Positions 23,914 through 31,962 of a stretch of 31,962 nucleotides of DNA are shown one piece after another. How positions within the stretch are numbered: position 1 is the first letter of the stretch; each line of letters starts with the position of its first letter. Source of the stretch: Armatimonadota bacterium (lineage in GTDB: Bacteria; Armatimonadota; UBA10988); the NCBI GenBank assembly GCA_016235455.1, contig JACRKZ010000096.1, positions 1 through 31,962 on the forward strand. Reading direction: 5' to 3'. The translations under genes and the position numbers were made by a program. The notes beneath the pieces are model-generated. The model was given only the letters and a program-made list of their open reading frames with translations, was not told where the DNA came from and searched no databases.

Positions 23914-24981
23914 ATGGCGTCTGGGAATCGCGTGCGCATGGCGGATGTCGCGGAGCGGGCCGGCGTATCGCGCACCACGGCCTCCTATGTGCTCAACGGC
24001 CAGGACAAGGGCATCCCCGAGGCAACCAGGCTGCGGGTGCGCCAGGCGGCAGCGGCCTTGGGGTTCACGCCCAACCGTCTGGCGCAGCGGCTGGCCGGGC
24101 AGCGAAGCGGCCTGGTGGGGTTGGTCATACCCGACATCAGCAGTCCGTTCTTCTCGTCGCTGGTGAGCCACCTGCACGACGCAGCGCGTGCGCGGGACAC
24201 CCACGTGCTGCCCGAGCTATCGCCGACGGCCTACGGTGACTGGCTGTGGCGAGCCGCCATCGACCGACTGCTGGGTTGGCAGGTGGACGGTCTGCTGCTG
24301 TGGACCTGGGCGTTGCCACCGTCGGACGAGGCCGCGCGGGCGCTGCTGGCAGCGGCGGCCGGCGTGCCGGTGGTGGAGCTGGGCCAGGAGCCGCCCGCCG
24401 CGTCGACCGCCGACGGCGTCTATGTCGATTTCGGGTCCGGTACTCGCCTGCTCATGGACCATCTGCTGGCACTCGGCCACCGGCGTTTTGCCTTCCTGGG
24501 TTACGGGGTGCCGGCCACGGACAGCCGGGCGCGAGCGCCGATGGATGTCCGGGGCCTCGCGGTGGCCGCCGCTGCCGAGCTGGCGCCGCTCATGCTGGAG
24601 GCCACGGGCCTCGACGACGCGCGCCGACTGGGCGCCGCGGTCGGCCAGGGAATCGTGTCTGGACAGCCAGATGCGCCGACGGCCATCGTCTGCCTCAACG
24701 ACATGCTGGCCCTGGCGGCCAGTCGCGGCCTGAGCGACGTCGGGTGTCACCTGCCCGGCGACGTCTCGCTGGTCAGTTGCGACGGCGGCTGGGCGGGCAG
24801 CTACTTCAGCCCTGAGTTGACCAGACTGCACGTGCCCTTCGCGGCGCTGGCAGAGCAAGTCCTGACGTTGCTCGATGCGCGCCTGGCTGGTAGCACCGAG
24901 CCGCCGGTGGGCCTGGCGCTGGTGCCGACGTTGGCACTCGGTCACTCCACTGGGCCAGCCAGGCCCGCGCAGCGCCGTTAG
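23914..24981 (+). CDS. LacI/GalR-family transcriptional regulator
   Basis: HTH MADVAERAGVSRTTASYVLNG, hinge FTPNRLAQRLA, LGHRRFAFL, PTAIVCLNDMLA, PGDVSLVSCD. Start could be GTG 23911. Confidence 0.95.
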   Translation: MASGNRVRMADVAERAGVSRTTASYVLNGQDKGIPEATRLRVRQAAAALGFTPNRLAQRLAGQRSGLVGLVIPDISSPFFSSLVSHLHDAARARDTHVLPELSPTAYGDWLWRAAIDRLLGWQVDGLLLWTWALPPSDEAARALLAAAAGVPVVELGQEPPAASTADGVYVDFGSGTRLLMDHLLALGHRRFAFLGYGVPATDSRARAPMDVRGLAVAAAAELAPLMLEATGLDDARRLGAAVGQGIVSGQPDAPTAIVCLNDMLALAASRGLSDVGCHLPGDVSLVSCDGGWAGSYFSPELTRLHVPFAALAEQVLTLLDARLAGSTEPPVGLALVPTLALGHSTGPARPAQRR

Positions 24982-26099
24982 CCCAGCAGTTCCTGTACCT
25001 TCGGCATCCACTCGCTGATCGGCAGGTGCTGCGGGCACTTGCTCTCACACTCGCCGCATGCCGCGCAGGCGCTGGCGCGTTCGCCCTCGGCCTTCTGGCC
25101 ATAGAGCGCGCGGGCGAGTTGGCGCGGGCCGCCGCCCAACGCGCCGGCGCTGTTGAACAGCGCAAACAGGCTGGGAATGTCGAGCCCCTGCGGGCAGGGC
25201 AGGCAGTAGCCGCAGTTCGTGCAGGCTAACGCGTACAGCCCTTCGAAGGCCGTGCGCGCCGCTTGGAGGACAGCCGACTCCGCAGCGGTGAGCTGGTCGT
25301 AGCCCGGCCGTGCGGCCAGGGCCACGTTGTGCTCTGCCTGGGCCTGAGCGCTCATGCCCGAGAGCACCAGCGAGACTTCGGGCTTGGCCCACAGCCAACG
25401 CAACGCCAGGTCGGTCGGGTCGGCGCCGGCCGCGTCGAACACCGCCTGCATCGGTGCCGGCGGCGTGGCCAGCGTGCCGCCGAACAGCGGCTCCATGACG
25501 ACCACTCCCAGCCCACGCGCCGCCGCCAGCTCCAGCCCGCGCGTGCCGGCCTGCACCTGCTCACAGACGTAGTTGTACTGCAGCTGGCAGAACTGCCAGC
25601 CGGCATACTCGTCGAGGATGCGCTCGAAGGTGGCATAGCTGTCGTGGAAGCTGAAGCCGAACGCGCCGATGTCGCCCGCGGCGCGCCGCCGCTCGAGCCA
25701 GTCGGTGACGCCCAGATCGCGCACCTGGTCCCAGCGCGCCGACTGCAGGTTGTGCAACAGGTAGCAGTCGATGCGCTCGGTGCCCAGCCGCGCGCACTGC
25801 TCGGCGAACAGGCGGTCGAAATCGGCCGGCTCCTTGGCCAGCCAGACGGGCATCTTGGTGGCCACGGTCACGCGCTCGCGGTAGCCGTCGCGCAACGCCA
25901 GACCGAGCACGCGCTCGCTGTGGCCGTCATGGTAGCCGTAGGCGGAGTCAGCGTAGTCCACGCCATGGTCGAAGGCCCAGCGCAGCATGGCGATGGCCGA
26001 CGGCTCATCCACCGCGCCGTCGAGCACGGGCAGCCTCATGCAGCCGAAGCCGAGGGCTGAGGTGGGCAGGCCGGTGGTGCCGAGGGTGCGCTGGTTCAT
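24978..26099 (-). CDS. Aldo/keto reductase with C-terminal 4Fe-4S dicluster domain (373 aa)
   Basis: SALGFGCMRLP, DSAYGYH, VATKMP, YLLHNL, GFSFH, VMEPL; CTNCGYCLPCP and CAACGECESKCPQ; GGAG RBS. Stop overlaps the LacI stop by 4 nt. Confidence 0.92.
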   Translation of the reverse strand: MNQRTLGTTGLPTSALGFGCMRLPVLDGAVDEPSAIAMLRWAFDHGVDYADSAYGYHDGHSERVLGLALRDGYRERVTVATKMPVWLAKEPADFDRLFAEQCARLGTERIDCYLLHNLQSARWDQVRDLGVTDWLERRRAAGDIGAFGFSFHDSYATFERILDEYAGWQFCQLQYNYVCEQVQAGTRGLELAAARGLGVVVMEPLFGGTLATPPAPMQAVFDAAGADPTDLALRWLWAKPEVSLVLSGMSAQAQAEHNVALAARPGYDQLTAAESAVLQAARTAFEGLYALACTNCGYCLPCPQGLDIPSLFALFNSAGALGGGPRQLARALYGQKAEGERASACAACGECESKCPQHLPISEWMPKVQELLG

Positions 26100-26120
26100 G
26101 GGTTGCTCCGTCTGGCACCC

Positions 26121-26129
26121 ATTGTACCA
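26121..26129 (-). promoter_or_regulatory. Extended -10 element (TGGTACAAT) of the aldo/keto reductase
   Basis: TGn-TACAAT 21 nt upstream of the ATG. Confidence 0.5.
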
Positions 26130-26181
26130 AGGCGCGCCGTGAGGCGTGGGGCTGGCGAGTCTCGCGCCCCGCGTCCGCGCC

Positions 26182-26211
26182 TTGACGGCGACCACGGCGC
26201 GCGGGTACAGT
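26182..26211 (+). promoter_or_regulatory. Putative sigma70 promoter of the deacetylase (TTGACG-N18-TACAGT)
   Basis: Near-consensus hexamers upstream of GGAGG RBS (26221). Confidence 0.55.
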
Positions 26212-26235
26212 CGCCACAGTGGAGGGGCGAGCCGC

Positions 26236-27207
26236 ATGACTCACCTGCCTCGTGTCGTCTGTGCCTGCCTGGTACTGGCGTCGGTCGTGTCGCTGCTCAC
26301 CTGGCCGCGCGCCGCCGACGCGGCCGAGCCGCTCCGGTCGACTGCCGAGTTGCTGGGCTACCGGCCCACCGACCGCCTGCTGATCATCAACGCCGACGAT
26401 CTGGGCATGAGCCACGCCACCAACCTGGCCATCTTCGACGCCTTCGAGCACGGCGTGCTGACCTCGAGCACGGTGATGATGCCCACCGCCTGGGTCAAGG
26501 AGGTGGTCGACTGGGCCAAACTCCACCCGCAGGCGAACATCGGCGTACACCTCACGCTGACCAGCGAGTGGGCGCGCTACAAGTGGGCGCCGGTCGCGGG
26601 CCGCGCGGCGGTGCCGGGGCTGGTCTCGCCCGATGGCTTCATGTGGTCGGACGGCCCCGAAGTGTGGAAGGGCGCCACCCCGCAGGAGGCCGAGACCGAG
26701 GCACGGGCCCAGATCGACCTGGCGCGGAAGCTCGGCATCGAGCCTACGCACATCGACTCGCACATGGGCACCTTGCAGGAGAACGCGGAGTTCTGGAAGG
26801 TCTACCTCAAGCTGGGCGCGGCCTATCGCCTGCCCCAGCGTCAGGCCTCCGCCGCCGCCTACGAAGCGCTGGGCGGCCGCGGCATGAAGGAGGCCGAGCG
26901 GGCGGCCGGCGTGCTCGGGCCCGACGAGTTGCTGTTCGAACTCAAGCGGCCAGCCGACCCGTCCGGCGTGCCGGCCTGGTACGAGCAGGTGCTGCGCGGC
27001 CTCAAGCCCGGGTTGACCGAGTTGTACCTGCACCCCGCCATCGACGGCCCGGAGATGCAGGCCATCTCTGGCACACACGCCTTCCGCGACGCCGACTACC
27101 GCTGGCTGATCGACCCCCGAACCAAGGCGCTGATCGACGAGTTGGGCATCAAGCTGATCAGCTACCGCGAGTTGCTGAACGCGATGAGAGGCACCGCCAC
27201 GAAGTGA
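26236..27207 (+). CDS. YdjC/ChbG-family carbohydrate deacetylase with signal peptide (323 aa)
   Basis: LIINADDLG, GVHLTLTSEW, THIDSHMG, ELYLHP; hydrophobic N-terminus ending ADA. Confidence 0.9.
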   Translation: MTHLPRVVCACLVLASVVSLLTWPRAADAAEPLRSTAELLGYRPTDRLLIINADDLGMSHATNLAIFDAFEHGVLTSSTVMMPTAWVKEVVDWAKLHPQANIGVHLTLTSEWARYKWAPVAGRAAVPGLVSPDGFMWSDGPEVWKGATPQEAETEARAQIDLARKLGIEPTHIDSHMGTLQENAEFWKVYLKLGAAYRLPQRQASAAAYEALGGRGMKEAERAAGVLGPDELLFELKRPADPSGVPAWYEQVLRGLKPGLTELYLHPAIDGPEMQAISGTHAFRDADYRWLIDPRTKALIDELGIKLISYRELLNAMRGTATK

Positions 27208-27259
27208 AGCCGTGACATCGGGGCCGCAGGCGCCTGGCTGAGGCGCGCGTAGCGCGTTC

Positions 27260-27349
27260 GTGGCGCCGGCATCCTGCCGGTGGCGGATCACCTGGATCGA
27301 CTCGCCGCGAGCCGGGCTGGTCCGTCCGCCGGCACGATGCCGGTGCTAC
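27260..27349. repeat. Inverted REP doublet (REPIN-like): GTGG/GTAG tetranucleotide plus CCGGCA-N3-TGCCGG hairpin
   Basis: GTGGCGCCGGCATCCTGCCGG (27260-27280, +) and GTAGCACCGGCATCGTGCCGG (27349-27329, -) are 18/21 identical, with a 48-nt spacer, between convergent genes. Confidence 0.7.
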
Positions 27350-29343
27350 TTGGCCTCCACCCGCTCCAATACCACATCGTCAAACCAGCACGTGCCCCGC
27401 GACCGGCCCCAGCCGCCTAGCAGGCAGTTGATCTGCACGCTGGTCAGCGCGCCCGTGTCGAACTCCACCTCGACGCGTGTCCAGTCATGGGTGCCGGTCA
27501 GCGGCGGGGTGGTCGGGCCTTGCACCTCCTGCACGTTGAGGAACGCACCGCGGCCGGTGTCGGCGACCACATCCTGGCAGCGGATCCAGCCGGACAGGCG
27601 GTAGCGCGCGTTGGGCTGCACCTCGGCGCGCTGGGTCCAGGCGCAGTCGGCGCCGGCCGCGGAGACGAGCTGGGCGCAGTGCGTGCCCGCGTGCGGGCGG
27701 TCGGCGGTCCAGGTGGCCTGGTATGCCCCTTCGCCCCACTGCGTCGGGCGCCAGTCGGCGTCCGCTTCGAAGCCGGCGTTGGCCAGCGGTGGTTCAGGGC
27801 TCGGGGCTCGGGTCAGTTCGACGATGGTCAGCGAGTGCGGCGGCAAGGTCACCGCACCGTCCTGGACGGCCAGCTCCACGCGCCGCGGTGCCACGCGGTC
27901 GGGCCGGTCGACGTCGTTGTAGGCGTCGGGCGAGTCGCCGTCGAGCACCGTGGCCCGGAGCACGCCGGTGACCGGCTGGCCGTCGAAGGCGATCCGGCAC
28001 AGCGCCGGTGCGGAGGCATGGCGGTTGATCAGCGCCAGGCGCCAGGCCGCGCGCGCGGCGTCGCACGTAGCCACGGCGTCGACCGCCGGCACCGTTGCCC
28101 CGCCGTGAGCGAAGGGGTCGCTGGTCACGCTGGCCGAGGCCACGCGGGGCCCGAGCTGGTTGGCGTAGGCCTCCAGCACGTGATAGGCAGTGCGCTTGAC
28201 CAGGCCGCCGGGATGGACATACAGCGGGCCACGCGTGTTGATCAGCGGCGCGATGTTGGCCATCTTGACCGTGTCGGCGTGGCGCAGGCAGGCGTTCAGG
28301 AAGCTCGCGGAGAACAGCGCGTCGGCCATGGTGTAGGTGGCGTTGATGTCGTTGCGGTCGCGCGCCTTGATCTGCTCGGGTCCAAAGCCGGTCATGACAC
28401 CGGGATGGTGCCAGCCGCGCAGGTTCCACTCGTCGAAGGCAATGCCGACCCGACCCGCATAGCCAGCGGCTGCCAGCAGGCGCTCGACGGCGGCGATGGC
28501 CTCCTCGGGCCCGCCGGCGCGCATCATGCAGGTGGCGAAGTCGCTGGGCCGGTCGTCTGACCACAGCCCGTCCCAGTAACCGTGGATGGAGATCAGGTTG
28601 AGCTGTGGTCCGGCGGCGCTCAGCAGGCTGCGGTTCCAGCCGTCATCGAGCGCGGCGGCCGAGAGCACCACGTTCGGGTCCACGCGGCGAATCATCTTCG
28701 ACGTCTCACGCACGAACGGCCCCCACTCCTCGCGGCTCTTGGCGCCGATCTCGTGGCCGCCCCAGTTCTCATTGCCCACCGACCAGTAGCGCACGCCGTA
28801 GGGCTCGGGATGCCCGTTGGCCGCGCGCAGCCGAGCCCAACGCCCGCCGGTCTGGTTGCAGTACTCGACCCAGTCGCTCATCTCCTCGGGCGTGCCGGTG
28901 CCGGCATTGCCACAGATGTACGGCTCGCAGCCGACCAGCTTGCACCAGGCCATGAACTCGTCGGTGCCGAAGGTGTTGGGATCCTCCACGCCCCAGGCCT
29001 TGTCGAAGCTGGGCTGGCGGTTGGGGCCGATGCCCTCTTTCCAGTGGTAGGCGCTGACGAAGCAGCCGCCCGGCCAGCGCACCACCGGCACGCGCAAGGC
29101 GCGCACTGCCTCGATGACATCGCGCCGGAAGCCCTGAGCGTCGGCCAGCCGGGAGCCCGGCTCGTAGATGCCGCCATAGATCTGGCGGTGGAAATGCTCG
29201 AGGAACCCGCCATAGAGCATCGGGCTGTACAGCCGCGACTTACCCGCCAGGTGGATGTCGACACCGGCGGCGATGGGTTCGGCCGCTTCGGTGGCGCACG
29301 CGGTGATACACAAGCCCATGGCGAGGGCAGTCATGGTTCGCAT
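27346..29343 (-). CDS. abfA: Secreted GH51 alpha-L-arabinofuranosidase with C-terminal CBM4/9-like domain (665 aa)
   Basis: LYGGFLEH, RWPGGCFVSAYHW, FGTDEF, WSVGNENWG (acid/base), IAFDEWN (nucleophile), MANIAPLIN; C-terminal NAGFE...YRLSGWI...WFDDVVL; signal peptide. Confidence 0.92.
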   Translation of the reverse strand: MRTMTALAMGLCITACATEAAEPIAAGVDIHLAGKSRLYSPMLYGGFLEHFHRQIYGGIYEPGSRLADAQGFRRDVIEAVRALRVPVVRWPGGCFVSAYHWKEGIGPNRQPSFDKAWGVEDPNTFGTDEFMAWCKLVGCEPYICGNAGTGTPEEMSDWVEYCNQTGGRWARLRAANGHPEPYGVRYWSVGNENWGGHEIGAKSREEWGPFVRETSKMIRRVDPNVVLSAAALDDGWNRSLLSAAGPQLNLISIHGYWDGLWSDDRPSDFATCMMRAGGPEEAIAAVERLLAAAGYAGRVGIAFDEWNLRGWHHPGVMTGFGPEQIKARDRNDINATYTMADALFSASFLNACLRHADTVKMANIAPLINTRGPLYVHPGGLVKRTAYHVLEAYANQLGPRVASASVTSDPFAHGGATVPAVDAVATCDAARAAWRLALINRHASAPALCRIAFDGQPVTGVLRATVLDGDSPDAYNDVDRPDRVAPRRVELAVQDGAVTLPPHSLTIVELTRAPSPEPPLANAGFEADADWRPTQWGEGAYQATWTADRPHAGTHCAQLVSAAGADCAWTQRAEVQPNARYRLSGWIRCQDVVADTGRGAFLNVQEVQGPTTPPLTGTHDWTRVEVEFDTGALTSVQINCLLGGWGRSRGTCWFDDVVLERVEAK

Positions 29344-29461
29344 GATCGGCGACCCCTGCCCCATTGTACCCAATCTCGGATGACAAGACTGTCATGCTTC
29401 ATCCTGTCTGGGGCGGTACGCCACCGGGTACCATGCAGCCATCAACGATGGAGACTCGACC

Positions 29462-30454
29462 ATGATCGACCGACGACGTTTCGTGACCGAGCTCGCCGGC
29501 GGCAGCGCCTTGTTGCTGGGCGGCCGCGTGTGGGCCGCGGATCCGGCGCCGCCAGCCGCCGCCGCGTCGGCCAAAGCGAAGAGCCGCGTGGCGCTCGTCC
29601 GGCATTCGGGGGTCATCGTCAAGGACGAGATCCAGGCCAAGCCGCTGGCCGCGATGGCGGACCAGGCGGTCATGACCCTGTCGGGCGAGGACACGCCGGA
29701 GAAGGCGTGGCAACGCTACTTCAAGCCTGGCGAGCGCGTGGGCATCAAGGTCAACGGCCGTGGCGGATCACCGCTGTCCACCTCGACGCTACTCATCGCG
29801 CACTGCGTCGACCGGCTCAAGGGCATCGGCATCAAGCCCGCGGACATCATCATCTGGGAGATGCGGGTCAGCGACCTGAACAACTGCGGGCTGTATGAGA
29901 ACACGGCCTGGGGCGCGCAGGTGACGACTGCCGATGTGGAGTGGGACGCCTGGATCCAGCAGGGCTCGTTCAGCGGCGCGCTGACCAGCATCGTGACCAA
30001 GCGCGTGGACGCGATCCTCAACCTGCCGCTGCTCAAGGACCACCACAACGCGGGCATCACGCTGGCACTCAAGAACCACTACGGCTCGATCTGCAACCCC
30101 ATGGCCCACCACGGCAACTACTGCGACCCGTACATCGCCGACCTCAATACCGTGCCGGCGCTGCGCGACAAGCAGCGCCTGATCATCACCGACGGCACCC
30201 GTGGTCAGGCCGAGGGCGGCCCGCACTACAGCCCCGGCTTCGTGGGCTACCCCAACCTGATCATGGCGGCCAGCGACCCCGTGGCGCACGACTACGTGGG
30301 CTGGCAGCTCATCGAGACTCAACGCAAGCACATGGGTCTGCCGCCCGTGGCCCGCGTCGGGCGCCCGGCGATCCACATTCACAGCGCGGCGCAGCGCGGG
30401 CTGGGCACCGATGTGCCCGAGGAGATCGACCAGGCGCAAGTGACGCTGGCCTGA
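29462..30454 (+). CDS. Tat-exported DUF362-family protein
   Basis: MIDRRRFV Tat motif; PGERVGIKVN; NLPLLKDH..AGITLALKNHYG; EGGP; ASDPVAHD; GGAG RBS. Confidence 0.88.
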   Translation: MIDRRRFVTELAGGSALLLGGRVWAADPAPPAAAASAKAKSRVALVRHSGVIVKDEIQAKPLAAMADQAVMTLSGEDTPEKAWQRYFKPGERVGIKVNGRGGSPLSTSTLLIAHCVDRLKGIGIKPADIIIWEMRVSDLNNCGLYENTAWGAQVTTADVEWDAWIQQGSFSGALTSIVTKRVDAILNLPLLKDHHNAGITLALKNHYGSICNPMAHHGNYCDPYIADLNTVPALRDKQRLIITDGTRGQAEGGPHYSPGFVGYPNLIMAASDPVAHDYVGWQLIETQRKHMGLPPVARVGRPAIHIHSAAQRGLGTDVPEEIDQAQVTLA

Positions 30455-30461
30455 ACACGCG

Positions 30462-30491
30462 GAGGGCGGCCAGCCGGGGCTGGCCGCCCTC
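30462..30491. terminator. 13-bp perfect stem-loop between convergent genes (probable terminator)
   Basis: GAGGGCGGCCAGC-CGGG-GCTGGCCGCCCTC; no clear U-tract. Confidence 0.6.
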
Positions 30492-30516
30492 ATACGTGAT
30501 GGTTGTTCGGGGCTGA

Positions 30517-31962
30517 TCAGAAGTCGTGATCCTCCAGTGATAGCACCTTCTGGCCGGCGCGCGGCCCCGCTACGGCGGGCCGGGCAGCCGGCCGGGCGGC
30601 CGTTACGGCCGGTGCCGGTCGGCCTTGGGCGCCGGCGCCACCGTTGACGGTGCTACTGAGCATGTTGACCATCTCCATGAGTTCCACGGCCTGGGCGTTG
30701 AGTTCCTCGCTGGCCGAGGCGGCCTCCTCGGCGTTGGCGGCGGTCGACTGCGTGACGTGGTCCATCTGGCCCACGGCGCCGGTGATCTGGCCGATGCCCT
30801 GGGACTGCTCGCGACTGGCCGAAGCCACCTCGTTGCCCAGTTGCGTCACGCGGGTGACGCTACCGCTGATCTGGCCGAGCGCCTGCTCCACGGCCTTCGA
30901 GGCCTCGACTCCGAGCACCGCGTTCTGCTGCGACTCGCCGATGAGCACGGCCGTGTCCTTGGCGGCCTGAGCGCTGCGCTGCGCCAGGTTGCGCACCTCT
31001 TCGGCCACCACGGCGAAGCCCTTGCCGGCGTCACCGGCGCGGGCCGCCTCGACCGCGGCGTTCAGCGCCAGCAGGTTGGTCTGGAAGGCGATCTCGTCAA
31101 TGGTCTTGAGGATGGCCGCGGTCTGGTCGGCCGACGTCTTGATCTTGCCGATGGCATCGGCCATCCTGGCGGCGGCCTGGTCGCCCAGCGATACCGCCTG
31201 CCCCGCCTCGCCGGCCACGGCGCTGGCCTGCTGCGCGTTCTCCGCGTTCTGCTGGATCATCGAGGCCATCTCCTCGAGCGACGCCGACGTCTCCTCGAGG
31301 CTGCTGGCCTGCTGACTGGCGCCGGCCGCCATGGACTGGCTCGTCTCGCTGAGCTGGCCCGCCGCCATGGTCACCTGGCCCGAGCTGCTCGACAGCCGGT
31401 CGATGGCGTAGAGAATGGGGCCCGTGATGCTCTTGGTGAGCGACAGCCCGAAGCCCATGGCCAGCAGCACGGTGAGCAGCACTACGGTGAGCAGAGTCAT
31501 GCGGCCCGAGGCAAGCGTGCGGCGCCCATCGACGCTGGCCTGCTTGCCCAGATTGTTATTGAGCTCGATGATCTTGTTCAACAGCGACTCGGCCGCCGTG
31601 AATGACTCGCCGTTGGCTACCAGCCCCTGCTGGGCCATGGCCTCGTAGTCGGCCTTCGATTTGGACTGCCAGTAGGTCTTGGCCAGTCCAGCGTACTTCT
31701 CGTGGTCGGCCCACCACTTCTCCCACGCCGGCACAAATTGCTTCCAGAGGCCCTCTTCCTCTTTGGTCTGGGGCAGTGGTTCGTAGATCTTCCAGGCGTC
31801 GTCGGCGCGCTTCTTGGCATCGCCGAAACGCGTGTAGGCAGCTTGGACCATCTGGTCAGTGGAAGTCGTGCACAGCAGTGCGTTCTCTGCGCTGTCCACC
31901 GCCGTCTGGGCCTCGCTGATCACCAGCAGGCTCGCCACACTGGGCAGCCGGTTGTCCGCCAC
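30517..31962 (-). CDS. Methyl-accepting chemotaxis protein with four-helix-bundle sensor; N-terminus lies beyond the window
   Basis: Signalling hairpin [43 protein letters not shown]; TM2 [17 protein letters not shown]; 4HB-like NRLPSV...[10 protein letters not shown]; C-terminal acidic-F tail. Confidence 0.95.
   Translation of the reverse strand: MADNRLPSVASLLVISEAQTAVDSAENALLCTTSTDQMVQAAYTRFGDAKKRADDAWKIYEPLPQTKEEEGLWKQFVPAWEKWWADHEKYAGLAKTYWQSKSKADYEAMAQQGLVANGESFTAAESLLNKIIELNNNLGKQASVDGRRTLASGRMTLLTVVLLTVLLAMGFGLSLTKSITGPILYAIDRLSSSSGQVTMAAGQLSETSQSMAAGASQQASSLEETSASLEEMASMIQQNAENAQQASAVAGEAGQAVSLGDQAAARMADAIGKIKTSADQTAAILKTIDEIAFQTNLLALNAAVEAARAGDAGKGFAVVAEEVRNLAQRSAQAAKDTAVLIGESQQNAVLGVEASKAVEQALGQISGSVTRVTQLGNEVASASREQSQGIGQITGAVGQMDHVTQSTAANAEEAASASEELNAQAVELMEMVNMLSSTVNGGAGAQGRPAPAVTAARPAARPAVAGPRAGQKVLSLEDHDF

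Noticed and set aside
1171-31605. Many long overlapping or antisense ORFs (e.g. 1171-2856 -, 3810-5294 -, most of 5880-8672 +, 21070-22275 +, 28582-29898 +, 30625-31605 +)
   Set aside because: Arg/Ala/Gly/Pro-rich shadow frames expected in very GC-rich DNA with strong GC3 bias. Each overlaps a motif-supported gene and has no recognisable motifs.
1-31962. CRISPR array, tRNA/rRNA, riboswitch, transposase/integrase, prophage or defence genes
   Set aside because: No regularly spaced repeats, no recognisable structured-RNA signatures in the short intergenic gaps, and no such protein motifs seen. A covariance-model (Rfam) search could not be run.

Overview
A very GC-rich bacterial genomic window, gene-dense and devoted mostly to glycan breakdown. 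The two '[33 protein letters not shown]' prepilin/H-X9-DG (DUF1559-type) genes point to Armatimonadota or a PVC-like lineage (inference). About 21 CDSs are supported. CAZyme-like genes: a 5'-truncated GH38-like mannosidase, a BNR/sialidase-like propeller, a GH99-like TIM barrel, a Tat-exported (alpha/alpha)6 glycosidase-like protein, an SGNH esterase, a GH141-like beta-helix with Ig-like and F5/8-type C domains, a YdjC/ChbG deacetylase, and a GH51 arabinofuranosidase with a CBM. Other genes: a URO-D/MtaA-like operon containing a frameshifted membrane gene and an FAD oxidoreductase, a SAM methyltransferase, a thioredoxin-like/PQQ-propeller/SLH protein, a LacI regulator, an Fe-S aldo/keto reductase, a Tat DUF362 protein and a truncated MCP. 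I recognise no sugar transporter. The best candidate for a novel system is a pair of about 86%-identical Trp-rich pilin-like proteins, differing mainly in one 14-aa loop, directly upstream of a run of secreted glycosidases: a possible pilin-based glycan-capture locus. Non-coding structure seen directly: four LacI-type operators in two tandem pairs, a GTAG/GTGG REP doublet that supplies a stop codon, a repeated bipartite promoter-like motif, and a hairpin co-duplicated with the pilin genes. All family calls come from motif recognition by eye; no database searches were run.
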